DNA of 64,000 nucleotides, from the NCBI RefSeq assembly GCF_018977255.1, contig NW_024704743.1, forward strand, positions 29,080,001-29,144,000, read 5' to 3'. The position numbers and the translations under genes are program-made. Shown piece after piece: positions 49,270 through 61,864 of this stretch. Numbering within the stretch: the stretch's first letter is position 1; every line of letters begins with the position of its first letter. Under the pieces are notes generated by a model, which was not told where the DNA came from, did no database searches, and saw only the letters and a list, made by a program, of their open reading frames with translations. This DNA is from Callorhinchus milii. Taxonomy: Eukaryota.

Positions 49270-50640
49270 GAAGAAGATTACATTTGTATAGCGCCTTTCA
49301 CGTCGGGAGGACGTCCAAGGACCCTGGACAGTGTACAGCATTTCAAACCCAAGCTGGGGTCAGGGGGGGAGAAGGGAAGGGAGGTGGCGGATGACATGGT
49401 TGAAGAGGAGGGTCTTGAGGCGGGACTTGAAGGAGGCTAAGGAGGGGGAGAGGCGGAGTAATTGGGAGGGTGGAATTCCAGAGGTTGGAGGCAGAGTGGC
49501 TGAAGGCTCTCCCGCCAATGGTGGGGCGGGTGGGTCGGGGGACGTGGAGCAAGTCGGAGCCGGCTGAGCGGAGGGAGCGGGCGGGTTGATAGGGGCTTAG
49601 GAGGTCGCAGAGGTAGGGTGGGGCGAGGCCGTGGAGGGGCTTTGTAGGTGAGGACCAGGATCTTGAACTGGATCCTCTGAAGGATAGGGAGCCAATGGAG
49701 TCGGGCGAAAATGGAGGACATGGGGGTCACAGAGTTTGGTGCAGGAGAGGACACGAGCTACAGAGTTCTGGATTATCTGCAGCCTGTGGAGGGAGGAGTT
49801 GGGAAGGCCGACAAGCAGGGCGTTTGCATAGTTGAGCCTGGAGGTGATGAAGGCATGAACAAGAGTTTCAGCGGCTTGAGGGTTGAGGTAGTGACGGAGT
49901 CGGGCGATGTTACGGAGGTGAGGGAAGGCAGAACGGGTTATGGCTTGGATGTGGGGAAGAAAAAACAGTTGAGGGTCGAACAAGACACCCAGGTTCCTGA
50001 CTGGCTTGGTGAGTTGTACTGTGCAACCATGGAGGTTGATGTTGCCAGAGCCTGAGATGCAGAGGCGCGGGCACGAGCCAATCAGGAGGGACTCAGTCTT
50101 GTTCACATTCAACTGCAGGAAAGTTGCCCTCATCCAGTACTTGGATCCCCCATCTGACAGGCAGTCTGTCAGGACAGCAGTGGTCCTGGAGTTGAGGGTG
50201 CAAGCAGAAAGATAGAGTTGGGTGTCATCCCATGTGGAAGTTGACCCCATGTCTGCGGATGATGTCACCAAGGGGGAGGCATGAAGATATTAGAGAGGAG
50301 AGGGCCAAGGACAGAGCCCTGGGGGACGCCAGACGTGACAGTGCGGGGGCTGGAGGAGAAACTGTTAGAGGTAACAAAGTGGAGATGGTGAGAGATAGGA
50401 ATTGAACCAAGCAAGGGCAGGTCTGCGAAGATTAAGTAAAGAGGAGAGGCAGCGTATGAGGATGGAGTGGTCGACAGTGTCAAAGGCGGCAGAGAGGTCG
50501 AGGAGGACAAAGAGGCAGAGGAAGCCCTGATCACAGATGTTCATAATGTCATTAGTGACTTTGACCAGGGCTGTTTACGTGCTGTGGGCAGCGCGGAAGC
50601 CGGATTGGAGGGGTTCAACGAGGGAATGGCAAGAAAGAAA
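49270..50640 (-). mobile_element. L2-clade LINE fragment with a frameshifted reverse transcriptase
   Basis: GVPQGSVLGPLL, DDTQLY, LQLNVNKTE, VRNLGVLFD, LVHAFITSRL and LHWLP motifs across several frames, plus the 3' tail. Confidence 0.93.
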
Positions 50641-51530
50641 GGAGCAGAGTCAATTTAACAGGAAGATGCGACCACAGTTTAACGTCTCAACCAAAGGACA
50701 GCAAATTCAATAATACAGCGCTTTCCCCAGCGCTGTCTCGGAGTGTCCCCATCCCATTGTGGGACCTTCTGACTCAGAGACTGACCCAGTTAACACCTGA
50801 AAGAAACATGCAATTAAGACATTGGTATTTATGCCATATGGGAGTATAGAAAAACAAATGTTTTGCTGTTCACACATATAGTTGCATTTCAGTCTTCACA
50901 GTATTGATTCCAGCATTTCCATTTGTTTTATAATCTTTCTATTTGCCCGGGGTCACATATTGATTCAGTTTGTCCATTTTTCCATACAAACTGTACTCCT
51001 AGTGCACAGAAATAGGCTGCCCTCAGTGGAAAGAGTCCATACATTTGAATAAAATACAAAAACTGGAATGTTTTCCTGGAGGGAGTAACACTTCATCATG
51101 ATCTGCCAGGAGGAATGGTAGATTTGGCAGCACACCTCTGATCCTTTAAAGTTATTTACATCTTATTTTCTGACTTGGCTATACTTTGGTATCCAATACT
51201 TTGGTTGATCCCTGACTGTTCAGTGTCTTGGGACGTCCTCCCAAAGTGAAAGGTGCTTTACAAATGTAATTTTGTTCTTGTTGATGTACCTAATTAAATC
51301 TCTATTGTTTATTGATTCCTGCATGGCACTGGGTTGCTGGTCTACAAACCTTCTCATGAAGTAACGATGACAATAATGGATGTTTGCAACAATACATTGT
51401 GCACTGATTGGAAGCTGTTTTTGACACTTCCAAAATTTTGCAAGATGTTAAATTTCAAGGTTATAATAAAATATAATTTACATTTATATAGCACCTTTCA
51501 CCTTGGGAGCACATCTCAAAATGCATGACA

Positions 51531-52110
51531 AACAACAACAACAACAAGATTCCATTTATAGAGCGCCTTTCACGTCGGGAGGACATCCCAAGGCGCTGTA
51601 CAGTTGGGTCGGGACCCGAGCAGGGGGGAAATGGTCAGGGTGAGGGGATGGAAGGGAGGGAGCGAGGAGGGGGTAGAGAGTCGAGAGGGGAGCTGAAGGC
51701 ACGGTCAAAGAGAAAGGTCTTGAGACCGGCCTTGAAGGAGGAAAGGGAGGAGGCGGCGAAGGCACTGGGGAATGGAGTTCAGAGCCTTGGGGCTGAGAGG
51801 CTGAAGGCCCGGCCACTGATGGTAGGGCGGTTAGGGCGGGGGATGTGGAGCAGACCGGAGCCAGAGGAACGGAGGATACGGGCAGGAAGGTACACCACAC
51901 GAGACAGTGCGGGGGCTGGAGGAAAAAACATTCATGGAAACAAAGTGAAGACAGTGGGAGAGGTACGACCTAAACCACTCAAGGACAGGGCCTTGAAGGT
52001 TGAGGTGGGAGGACAAGTGGTGGAGGAGGATAGCATGGTCGACCGTATCGAATGCTGCCGATAAGTTGAGGAGGACGAGGAGGCAGAGGGAGCCCTGGTC
52101 ACAAAGCTGG
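51531..52110 (-). mobile_element. L2 fragment with a large internal deletion
   Basis: [19 protein letters not shown]...SSSPRTVSCGVP is joined directly to the 3' end region at about 51890. Confidence 0.85.
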
Positions 52111-52594
52111 ATGGGCACACGAGCTGGGGTAGGAGTCAAGGGTATTTTGTATCTGGAATCTCTGAGTTGCTTATTTGACTAAACATTTGAGTTGGAAGAT
52201 AAAACAATCTGAAAAAAATATTTTCACTGTACTGAATTTATTGATGCAATACAACTTACATTCATATAGAGCCTTACACATTGGGAGGATGTCTCAAAGT
52301 GCTTAACAATGCTAGCTGGGCACTTGAGCTGAGGGTGATAGCTGAGGGGGTGGGGAATGGAAAGATGACCAAAAGATGACTGGTCAAAGAGATCAGTTGA
52401 TGCACTTATGTCAGGGCAGAAATAGAGAAACTGACAAGCTTGTGACAAGCAGAAGTGGAAATTTCGTTTCTCCCCATCAATGAACTCACCTCTTGCTCCA
52501 TTCCTGAAAAAAAATTTCCTTCTACTAGTTTCATGGCATCAGACGGCCTCAAGTGGTCATTATTTATGTGCGAGCGTTGCCTGAGATTTTGCAG

Positions 52595-52765
52595 GTTGTT
52601 TGACTATCGGAGCATTACGGATGATCTATTCCTGTTCCTCATCCAATGCAAGGTGTTCTGTAAACAGCTATCAGGGATGGGAATTTGGGCTGATATTCCT
52701 CTCCCTCACCCATGGCACAGAGTTTAGTTGGAGCACCCCAACTGAAATCAGCTGACTCACCAGTT
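52595..52765 (-). mobile_element. AmnSINE2-like ancient repeat
   Basis: ggctgatattcctctccctcaccca...ctgaaatcagctgactca on +, similar to the other two copies. Confidence 0.5.
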
Positions 52766-52999
52766 GAAAATTTGGACTTTAAAGTTGTATGCCTCTGTGC
52801 TGCTTATTAGTTAGTGCCCTTATCACTTAAACCATCCTGCAAGGTGGAAATGGATGCTGAATGGATTTGTGAGGTATTTTCCATCATGAGAAAGTTTTAA
52901 TCTGAGTTTGTATTTTCTGACCTGTTAGATGATGGACAGATATGAAATCAATGCTTGACAATATTTTTTTAAAAACACTTGCGGAAAGTGATGAAAACA

Positions 53000-53290
53000 G
53001 CAACTTCCATTGATATAGTACCCTTCACGCAGGACTGCATCTCAAAGCGTTGTACAGTAGCGGGTTGGACATCAAAAAAGGGAGAAAGGGGGAGGAGAAA
53101 AATGGCCATAGGCACAATTGAAAAGGTAGATCTTCAGGTGCGATTTAAAGATAGATAAAGAGGGGACAAGATGGAGAGATTAAAGTAAGGAGTTCCAGAG
53201 GTTAGAATATGGTGGCTGAAGGCATAGTCACTAATCGTGGTACAAGGAGGTCGTGGGTCATGCCTGTGTCAGCTGAGTGAAGGGCAGGCA
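53000..53290 (-). mobile_element. Degenerate L2 3' fragment
   Basis: Similar to the younger L2 3' ends (gttccagagg...ggctgaaggc). Confidence 0.6.
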
Positions 53291-53344
53291 GTGGCATCCC
53301 AATTTTTTTTTCTTGGGTTCAGCTTCAAGATTAATAACTCTCCA

Positions 53345-54475
53345 GTTATCATCTCATTTTCCATCTGCCTTTCCTCTCCACAGTGTTGAAACATGTCATT
53401 GACTCATAAATTTGTATCTTTCTGTCCCACCACTTGCTGTTATTTGGCTCCCACCTCATTCAAAGTCCCAAGCTAGCCTTGGTCAAAGTCACCAGCGACA
53501 TCCTTTCTGTTTTCTTCTGCCTCCTTATTCCCTCAGTATCTACGGTCTTTCACATTGTTGACCATTCTATCCTTCTTCAACTTCTCTCCTCTCAGATTCA
53601 TGTCCATGACTCTGCACTTTCTTGGTTTCACTCCTACCTGTTTCTACTTTGTCTCATCCAGTGGTTTTTCCTCCTGACCCTGCAGGGCTACGTATGGTAT
53701 TCCACTTGGCTCTGTCCTCATTGCTCTTCTTTTCCTCCTCTACACCCTCCCCTTTATGATATCATCCACAGGTGATACCAACCTGTGGATCATAACACAT
53801 TGATGATACCAACTCACATTGCAGAGGCTGACACCCCAGGGCACTGTTTGGGGTATATTGTTAGAGTTGCCATCCTTCAGATGAGATGCTGAATAGAGAT
53901 CCCATCTGCCTGTTCATGTGGATGCTAAGATCCTACGGCAATTTTCTCCCGTTGTTCTGAACAACATTGCCCCAAATAATATTGTATATTCACTCTATGA
54001 CTGTTTATGATACATTGCTGTGGCCAATTGGGCTATTGCATTCATCTACAAATAGAGTCACTCCACTTCCTTGTATTCCACTCACTGAATTTCCTTGAGT
54101 CCAAAATCGAGGGAATCCATTCAGCTGCCTCCACCCTCCCAACCGCCACTCCCTCCCCATCTCCCCTCCACACTCCAACCCCTACCCATCCCTCCCTCCA
54201 CATCTCCGAACCTGTCTCCCCCTCCTCTCTCATGACCTCCATATCCAATTATAATCACCCCTATCTAAAAAAACCTTCCCTTTGACCCATCCCTGCTTTC
54301 TAACCACCAGCATCTCCAACCTTCCTTTTCTTTCCAAGGTCCTTACTTCCCAAAAGTCATTGCTTCCCAGCTTCGCTCATTCCTCTCCTACCACTCCCTT
54401 CACGAGCCCATGGATGCACATTCCACCTCACCAAGCCAGTCAAGAACTTGGGCGTCTGATTCGACCCTTAACTGT
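53345..54475 (+). mobile_element. Degenerate L2 RT fragments, interrupted by a Deu SINE
   Basis: ALVKVTSDI, F.IVDHSILL and ISNLPFLSKVL motifs. Confidence 0.7.
53825..54065 (+). mobile_element. Degenerate Deu-domain SINE
   Basis: ccttcagatgagatg...ccatctgcctgttcatgtggatg...gatcc core. Confidence 0.58.
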
Positions 54476-55904
54476 CGTTATGTAATACATTGTGCTTACA
54501 TGAAAGGCGCTATACCAAATGCAAGGATGATTATCATCATCCAGAAAGATTGCTGTTCTGACTGACATCTTCTCCCCAAATCCCTCCGCATTGCCTCTTC
54601 CTCTCTCTATTGAATACATGTCTAATGTCGTCATTGACCACATTACTCCCTCTCCCACCCCCACCACCCACCACCCACCTCCCACCTTAGGCTTCTTTTC
54701 TGTCTTTGTACAGTGATTGAATCATTCTCAATATGTGAACAGTGCTATGTACAAATTATTCCAGTCATATTCTCTTGCATTATAATAATAATCCTTGCAT
54801 TTGATATACTGCCTTGTCTTCGAGCTGTCTGAAAGCACTTCACAGAATATACAGCATATACTGTAAAGTTAATTGATTGTATTTTGTGTACGAAACATTG
54901 TAAGATTGTGCGGAATTTCAGAAAATTCTAAGCTACATTTTTATTGGAAGTCAGTATATGTGTAAGCCTTTGGAACACTTACTTCCAAATTAAGACTAAA
55001 TTTAGTACTTTTTCCAAAATCTGCTAGATCTTAAAGTTTAAGACAAAGGTTTTAAGCCTAAAACCATGTGACAATTTGAGCCATAGAACTTCATTGCAAC
55101 CTTCATTTGGTTCTAAGGCAAGAGCACCACCTATTGTCTCAACTGTAGAATGCATGTATCGAAAATTTTGAAGATTCACCAATATTTTCAACAACATTTT
55201 TTAAAGAAAAACCTCCTGCACATGATCATGAATATGAAAAATGGTATATGTATGATATCTAAGTTACATAATACAGTCAATCTATTTTACAGTATATATC
55301 ATTATATCATGCGCCTTAACATGATAAGGCTCTATATCAAATGCAAGGATTATTATTTTGGTTCAAGCATTAAATGGTTGTTTGCCTACAAAATATAGAG
55401 TGATTATACTTTATAGTGTATCCTGTGAAGTGCTTTGAGCTGCCCTTCCAATAGGAAAGGCGCTCAATGAAATGCAATGATTATTATTATAAATACCAAT
55501 CTATAGTCTTATCCAAATCTGAAAATATTATAGCACTGTGATATTTTGCAGGAGGTGCATTCAAATAGATTTTAAAATGTAAAAGCATCAAGGTACTGAG
55601 GGACATATACATCTTGCTCTGTAAGATCAAATCAAAATCTGACTTTACCTCTTCAAGACACTCCTAGACATTACATGTGTCTCTGACAATGGGAAAAAGT
55701 TTGAATTTTTATAGCATCTTCTCATGTCAAATTGTGTTTCACAGGTAATTACTGTCAAGTACAATGATTGTTTTTGTAGGCAAACAGCAATGAAAGCAAC
55801 ATTAATTTCCTGTTTGTGAAAGAGTTAGTACATGTTGTTACTTGTCGAGCATTCTCTTAATTGTTTTGTCTCATCTTCAATAAGATGTGACATTTAACTG
55901 CACC

Positions 55905-56200
55905 AGGAATCATTGGAGTTGACTTTCTTATGTTTGATATAGTGCATTATCAGATAGTCAAAACATTCAAATGAGTTTAATAGGATTTTACAGTAAAATG
56001 CAGCAATTGAGCTTTTGTAAGTGAACACAGTAGGCTCGCAAACAGCCAGGAAGTGAATGACCAATTTTATGTGGGGAATTGTTAACCAGGATACTGAGAC
56101 AAAATCTCTTCTCTTTACAAACAGGGCCAAGAGATCTTTAACGTCCACCTGAACACCAAGGTTTAATATCTGATCCAAAGATAGCACCTCCAACAATGCA
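55905..56200 (-). mobile_element. Degenerate Deu-domain SINE
   Basis: gatctttaacgtccacctgaac...atccaaagatagcacctccaacaatgca on +. Confidence 0.62.
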
Positions 56201-56499
56201 TTTATATAACAATTTGTTGTTTGTTTTTGTTGTAGACTGTCTAGACCATGTGAGTTCAAAACACCGATGTTGCCACATTTACCAACAAAATAAACAGTCA
56301 CTGCACTTTGAGACATCTCAAAGATGTTATATGATACTATATGAAATGCAAGGATTATTATAATATTAGAAAAACTTTAAAAAGATGAGATTTAATTGAT
56401 AGATTTTTATGTCACCAGAAGTCTGAAATGTGTCATGGTCTTTGGTTAAAAACATTGTCTTAAAATTTAGGTTGGGCAGAATTTTGGAAAAAGCTTTGA

Positions 56500-56912
56500 T
56501 AATAATCTGCGTATTTGATATAGCACCTTATCACATCATGAAGTTATCTCAAAGTGCTTCACGGAACTGTGCATGACCATATTTTGTAGGTGAATGTGGC
56601 AGCCAATATGCACAAAACAATGTTCTACAAACAGCTAAAAGGCTGTTATTTTGGAGACTGTTGATCTGTTGTGTCATGACATAGTCCTTGCGGAGAAACT
56701 CTATTCTTTTTTCAAATAGGGCCATTGTTCTTTAACATCCACTTAAACAGGCAGGTAGTGCCTCGGTTTAATATCTCAACTGAAGAACGACACCTCCGAC
56801 AATGCAGCACGCACCCAGCAGTAGACTATGAGCTCAAAGTCCTGCTTGGGTCTTGAAACCATAACGTTCTGACTCAGAAGCAAGAGTGCTACCAATTGAG
56901 CCAGGCTGACAC
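56500..56912 (-). mobile_element. Deu-domain SINE, near full length
   Basis: Head gagtgctaccaattgagccaggctgaca at 56885-56911, Deu core, tail at about 56500. Confidence 0.72.
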
Positions 56913-57319
56913 CATAAAGTCTTAATTTGTAAGTTGGTTTTCCAAAATTCTTTATTAAAACAGAGTTACACTGCAGTTTTAAGAAAATGGTCTTAAGCCT
57001 AAAACGATGAGAATTTTGGGTCTCGGTTTGATCCTGCTCAGACATGTATTGTTCGCAAATTGTTACACGTTAGCTGCTTCATTCACCCGCAATTCCCTTA
57101 AACTGCATGTTCATACATTAGCTCATATACATTATCTTTCTGTAAATTTGTACATGCAGCATTGGATGGTGATTGATCTGTTGTGTCATGACATGGTCCA
57201 CAGTTGTTTTTTGTGTTCTGATACTCTCCTGAGAAAGTTAAAAAGGGGAAGATACCATCATGGGGCAGTAATTTCACCAGGGCTTAGATTTATTCTCTTG
57301 ATTTGGGATTTCACCACGG

Positions 57320-57430
57320 CCAGAATTTGGCAAATTGTATTGAAGCCATTTCTTCCTGTAAATTTCTTTCAAGATGAGAGAAAATAGGCTTCAAAGTTAA
57401 GCTTGAATTCAACAATTTGCCAAATTCTGG
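57320..57430. repeat. Foldback inverted repeat
   Basis: Perfect 19-bp arms ccagaatttggcaaattgt (57320-57338) / acaatttgccaaattctgg (57412-57430), plus inner arms ttgaagcc / ggcttcaa. Confidence 0.85.
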
Positions 57431-57509
57431 ATGCCCCAAAATGTTACATAAATAGAGTAAATCTAGACACAGGTGACGTTTCTCCCCCAGACTTTGTTTT
57501 GAAAAAACA

Positions 57510-58350
57510 AGAACAACAACTTGCATTTTTATAGCACCCTTTACGTCTCAAGGTGCTGAACAGTCCAAGGTTTGCAACCAAGCTGGAGCTTGGACTTGGG
57601 AGGGGTTGGGGCCAAGGGGAATGGGGGTGTGGGGGAGAAGATGACCAATGGCATGGTCAAAGAGGAAGGTCTTCAAACAGACCTTGAAGGAGGCGAGGGA
57701 GGGGTGAGGAAAAGGGATTGGGATGGAATTCCAGAGAGTCAAGGTAGATAGGCTGAAAGCCCGACCACCGATAGAGAGACAGGCAGGGCAGGGGATGTGA
57801 AGCAGGCTCGTGCCTGCTGAGCAGAGGGAGCAGGCAGGTCAGTAGGGTTGAACAGGTCACAGAGGTAGGGTAGGGCAAGATCACAGAGGTATTTAAAGGT
57901 GAGGACGAGGATCTTGAACTTGATCAGTTGGGGGATGGGGAGCTGGTGAAGCCAGGCAAAGATGGGGGTAATAGGCTCGCAGAGTGCAGGAACAAAGACA
58001 AGCTGCAGAGATCTGGATATTCTGCAACTTATAAAGGGAAGAGTTGGGTAGTATAGTGAACAACATTGGTGTAGTCAAGCCTCGACGTGGTCAATACATC
58101 GATTGGGGTCTTGTTGGTCCCAGGGGAGAGGGTCAATGATGTTGAGGAGTTGAGGGAAAGCAGAATGAATCAAGGCATGTAATCGGGATTTAAAGGACAG
58201 TTAACAGAGTCGAGCAGGCCACTGAGTTTTCGCACTGGCTCCACGAGGTGGAGTGTGCATCCATGCAGATTGATGCTGTCAATACCTGAAGTGATAAGGC
58301 GCTGCATTGCAGGGATGGAAGGGGAAGCATTCTGCCTGTTAAGCATGTCT
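57510..58350 (-). mobile_element. Older L2 fragment
   Basis: SLYKLQNIQ, LWNSIP and LKTFLFD motifs, plus tail. Confidence 0.8.
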
Positions 58351-58362
58351 GTTAGCATTCTA

Positions 58363-59032
58363 CAACAACAACAACAACAACAACAAGATTCCATTTATAG
58401 AGCGCCTTTCACGTCAGGAGGACGTCCCAAGGCGCTGCACAGTTGGGTCATGACCCGAGCAGGGGGGAAATGGTCAGGGTGAGGGGAGGGAAGGGAGGGA
58501 GAGAGGAGGGGGGAAATGGTCAGGGTGAGGGGAGGGAAGGGAGGGAGCGAGGAGGAGGAAGAGAGTCGAGAGGGGAGCTGAAGGCACGGTCAAAGAGAAA
58601 GGTTTTGAGACCGGCCTTGAAGGAGGAAAGGGAGGAAGCAAGGCGAAGGCACTGGGGGATGGAGTTCCAGAGCCTCGGGCTGAGAGGCTGAAGGCCCGAC
58701 CACCGATAGTAGGGCGGTTGGGGCGGGGGACGTGGAGCAGACCGGAGCCAGAGGAACGGAGGGTACGGGCAGGTAGGTAGGGGATAGTAGGTTGGAGAGG
58801 TAGGAGGGAGCAAGGCCGTGAATGGCCTTGTAGGTGAGGATGAGGATCTTGAAATCAATCCTCTGGGGGATGGGGAGCCAGTGGAGGCGAGCGAGGGTAG
58901 GAGTGATGTGGTCCCGAAGCCTGGTGCGGGACAGTACACGAGCTGCAGAGTTCTGAATGACCTGCAGCTTGTGGAGGGAGGTGCCGGGAAGGCCGGCGAG
59001 GAGAGAGTTCCCATAGTCCAGCCTTGAGGTGA
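58363..59032 (-). mobile_element. Young 5'-truncated L2 with a 7-bp target-site duplication
   Basis: CATTCTA at 58356-58362 and 59033-59039, (CAA)n tail on +, internal tandem duplication of about 50 bp in the 3' UTR. Confidence 0.9.
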
Positions 59033-59694
59033 CATTCTATACTCATTACTCAATCTCTGTCTGTCTCTCTCATACACACACATACACACGTATATGTTAT
59101 ATATACAGTACACCTGCATATATCCACACACACTGAGAAAATTGTTGTCTGAGTCAGATTGGGACATTCTTACACATTTCATTAGCTGATGACTGAAAGT
59201 AGAATTAGCAGAATGCTATGAATGTATTATTCTCTTTGGGAAAGAGAAAGTGTAGCTGAATGGTTTTGGGAGACAATTCCAGCAAACAGACAGCTGAGCC
59301 TACATAGACAAGGAAGAAGTTTTCAGATGAGCTCCCAGCATGAAAAGCATTATAGAGATGTAAATTGTATTGTAAACTGTGGGTGCAAGTATAGATACTT
59401 TCAAGAAGAAGCTTGACCTTTACATGAGGGAGAAGTGAATAGAAGAGTATGAGAGAGAGCAAAGAATGGGTGAAGACTCGAGTGGAGTACAAACACTGGC
59501 ACAGACTGGCCTGGTTGGGCTGAGTGGTCTGTTTCCGTGCTGAGTGATCTGTTTGCAAATTTTTGTAAAATATTAAACCAGAGTTAGAAAAATGGAGAGT
59601 GCAAGCTGTGACGTAGAGATAAAGAGTGTTACAGATAGAGAACAAGAAAACTATGGATGGATTTGAAAACATCTCAAAATCAATTAAGGGGATC

Positions 59695-59965
59695 AATTAT
59701 GTGACCAATTTTATTTGGGAAATTGTTGGCCAGAACCCTGGAGAAAGTCCCTTCTCTTTTCAAATAGTGCCATGGGATCAATAACCTGAACAAGCAGATG
59801 GGACGTTGCTTTACTGTCTCATCCAAAGGATGTCATCTCCAACAATGCAACACACCCTCAGCACTGCACTGGAGTGTCAGCTTAGACAGTGAGTTCAAAG
59901 TATTTGTACCCACAACCTTCTGACTCAGAGATGCTATTGCTCACTAATTAAACCAGACTGACACC
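59695..59965 (-). mobile_element. Deu-domain SINE (head + core)
   Basis: caaatagtgccatgggatc...ctcatccaaagga...ccctcagcactgcactggagtgtcagc. Confidence 0.72.
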
Positions 59966-60205
59966 TAGCTATGAAAGAATGGAAAAAAACGGCAGTTAAA
60001 TGGTACTGTTGATATTCTTGATCACCAATGATCAAGAATATGGCACAGTAGGTTCATAGGTTGAATTGCCTACCCCATTTCCCATGTTGCTTCATGGAGT
60101 TAGGAAGTTGGGTTAGAGAGTTCTGATTAAAGCAGCCAAGGTGAAAGGAACTCAGTATCATAGTACCATTTTTTTATAAGAGGTAAAGCAGATTATCAGA
60201 GCCAT

Positions 60206-60400
60206 ATGGAACTTGCCAAGGGGGAAGCTGAAAGTAATCTAGTAGTGTTAGTTGACTCATCGGTCACCATGTCAAAACAGTTTAGGGCAGTAGTAAAGGC
60301 AAACAGGATGCTAGGCTATATTGCTAAATCAATTGAGTTCAGATCTCCAGACGACATGCTCATGTTCTATCGTGCTCTGGACTGGCCACACCTCGAGTAA
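60206..60400 (+). mobile_element. CR1 RT fragment
   Basis: LVVLVDSS...KANRMLGYIAKSIEFRS...LMFYRAL..PHLE. Confidence 0.8.
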
Positions 60401-60438
60401 TAATGACAATAATTCTTGAATTTGATATAGCACCTTGT

Positions 60439-61120
60439 GGAGTCCTGTAGCTCAGTGGTTAGAGCACTTGCCTCGCAAGCGAGAGACCTGGGTTCGATTC
60501 CCAGCACGGTGAATTGTTGAGCAAGTTTCCTTACTCCACATGCCTGTTTACCTAGCAGTAAGTAGTAACTTGGTTGTTAGTTGATTGGTGGATCGCTTTT
60601 CGGGGATAATAATTCCTTCAAACAAAAATTGGTCATTTCAATCCACAACTGTTTGTGGGACACTGCTGTGTGCAATTGGCTACTGTGTTTCTCCCACAAA
60701 ATATACAATCAATTCACTTTACAGTATATTTGTGGAGTCCTGTAGCTCAGTGGTTAGAGCACTCGCTTTGCAAGCGAGAGACCTGAACTCAATTCCAGGC
60801 AGGGCGAAACCTTGGGCAAGTTTCCTTACTCCACACGCCTAATAATAATCCCTCCAAAACAAAACAGTAATAAATTCAATCCACGACTCTTTGTGGGACA
60901 TTGCTGTGCGTAATTGGCTGCCGCGTTCGCCCACAAATATACAGTCAATTCACTTTACAGTATATTCTGTGAAGCGCTTTGGGACGTCGAGAAGACATGA
61001 AAAGCGCTATATCAAATGCAAGGATTATTATTATTATATTATTATTATTATATTTTGTGAAGTGCTTTGAGATGTCTCGAAGACGTGATAAGGCGCTATA
61101 TCAAATGCAAGGATTATGAT
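60439..61120 (+). mobile_element. tRNA-derived SINE, long version B, interrupted by version A
   Basis: tRNA head plus extra segment tgtttacctagcagtaag...gatcgcttttcgggg. The tail resumes at about 61050. Confidence 0.85.
60734..61048 (+). mobile_element. tRNA(Ala)-derived SINE, version A, nested in a version B copy
   Basis: Full-length copy flanked by duplicated tatatt(t)tgtg. Confidence 0.9.
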
Positions 61121-61864
61121 TGTTAGTATTATCACATTATTATCATCTCAAAGCTCATCACAGAATATACTGTAAAATGACTATATATTTTGTGGGCGAA
61201 AAGTATTGTGTACAGTTGTGGACACTGCAACACAAGGGGGCTACCCAGGCTCCTTTCTTCGCCCAAACCTCTCTTTTGGTATTGTGCTGTGCTGGAACAC
61301 AAATTTAAGACAAAGTTAAGAGATTGATTTAAATTTGTAATTCTGCTAGTGTGAGGTCCTTTGCTGAGCCTTCTGTTAGGTGGAGGCAATGACCTATAAT
61401 TGGTCAATCATAACTAATCGCCCTTCAATCCAGGTGTCATGGCTGTTTGTGGGACATTGATGTGTGCAAATAAGGCCAGACTGTCAAGTATCTTGGGACC
61501 TTATCTGATGTGAAAGGTGCTATATAAATGTAAATTTGTGTTGCATTGAAAGCAAACATGTGATGATATACAATAACAACAACAAGAACTTGCACTTATA
61601 TACAGTATATCAAACAATAAGAATGTATCATTCTGAAGTTTTGGGTACTGTGTAAAACCAGCAGCCAAACTAAGATTGAATTTAAGAATATACCAAAATT
61701 CTACACAATCCTAAATTCTGAAACAATGATCTTAAAGCTAAGTTGACTTGTATTAATTTACACTTATAATAATCTATTTAATAGCAGCCATGAGGTGAAT
61801 GACCAATTAATCTGGAGGATTGTTGGTCAGGCTAATGGGAGAAATATTCCCTTTCTTTTTCTGC

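Noticed and set aside
49597..50271. Active reverse transcriptase gene
   Set aside because: A 5'-truncated, frameshifted L2 fragment with a damaged YADD motif.
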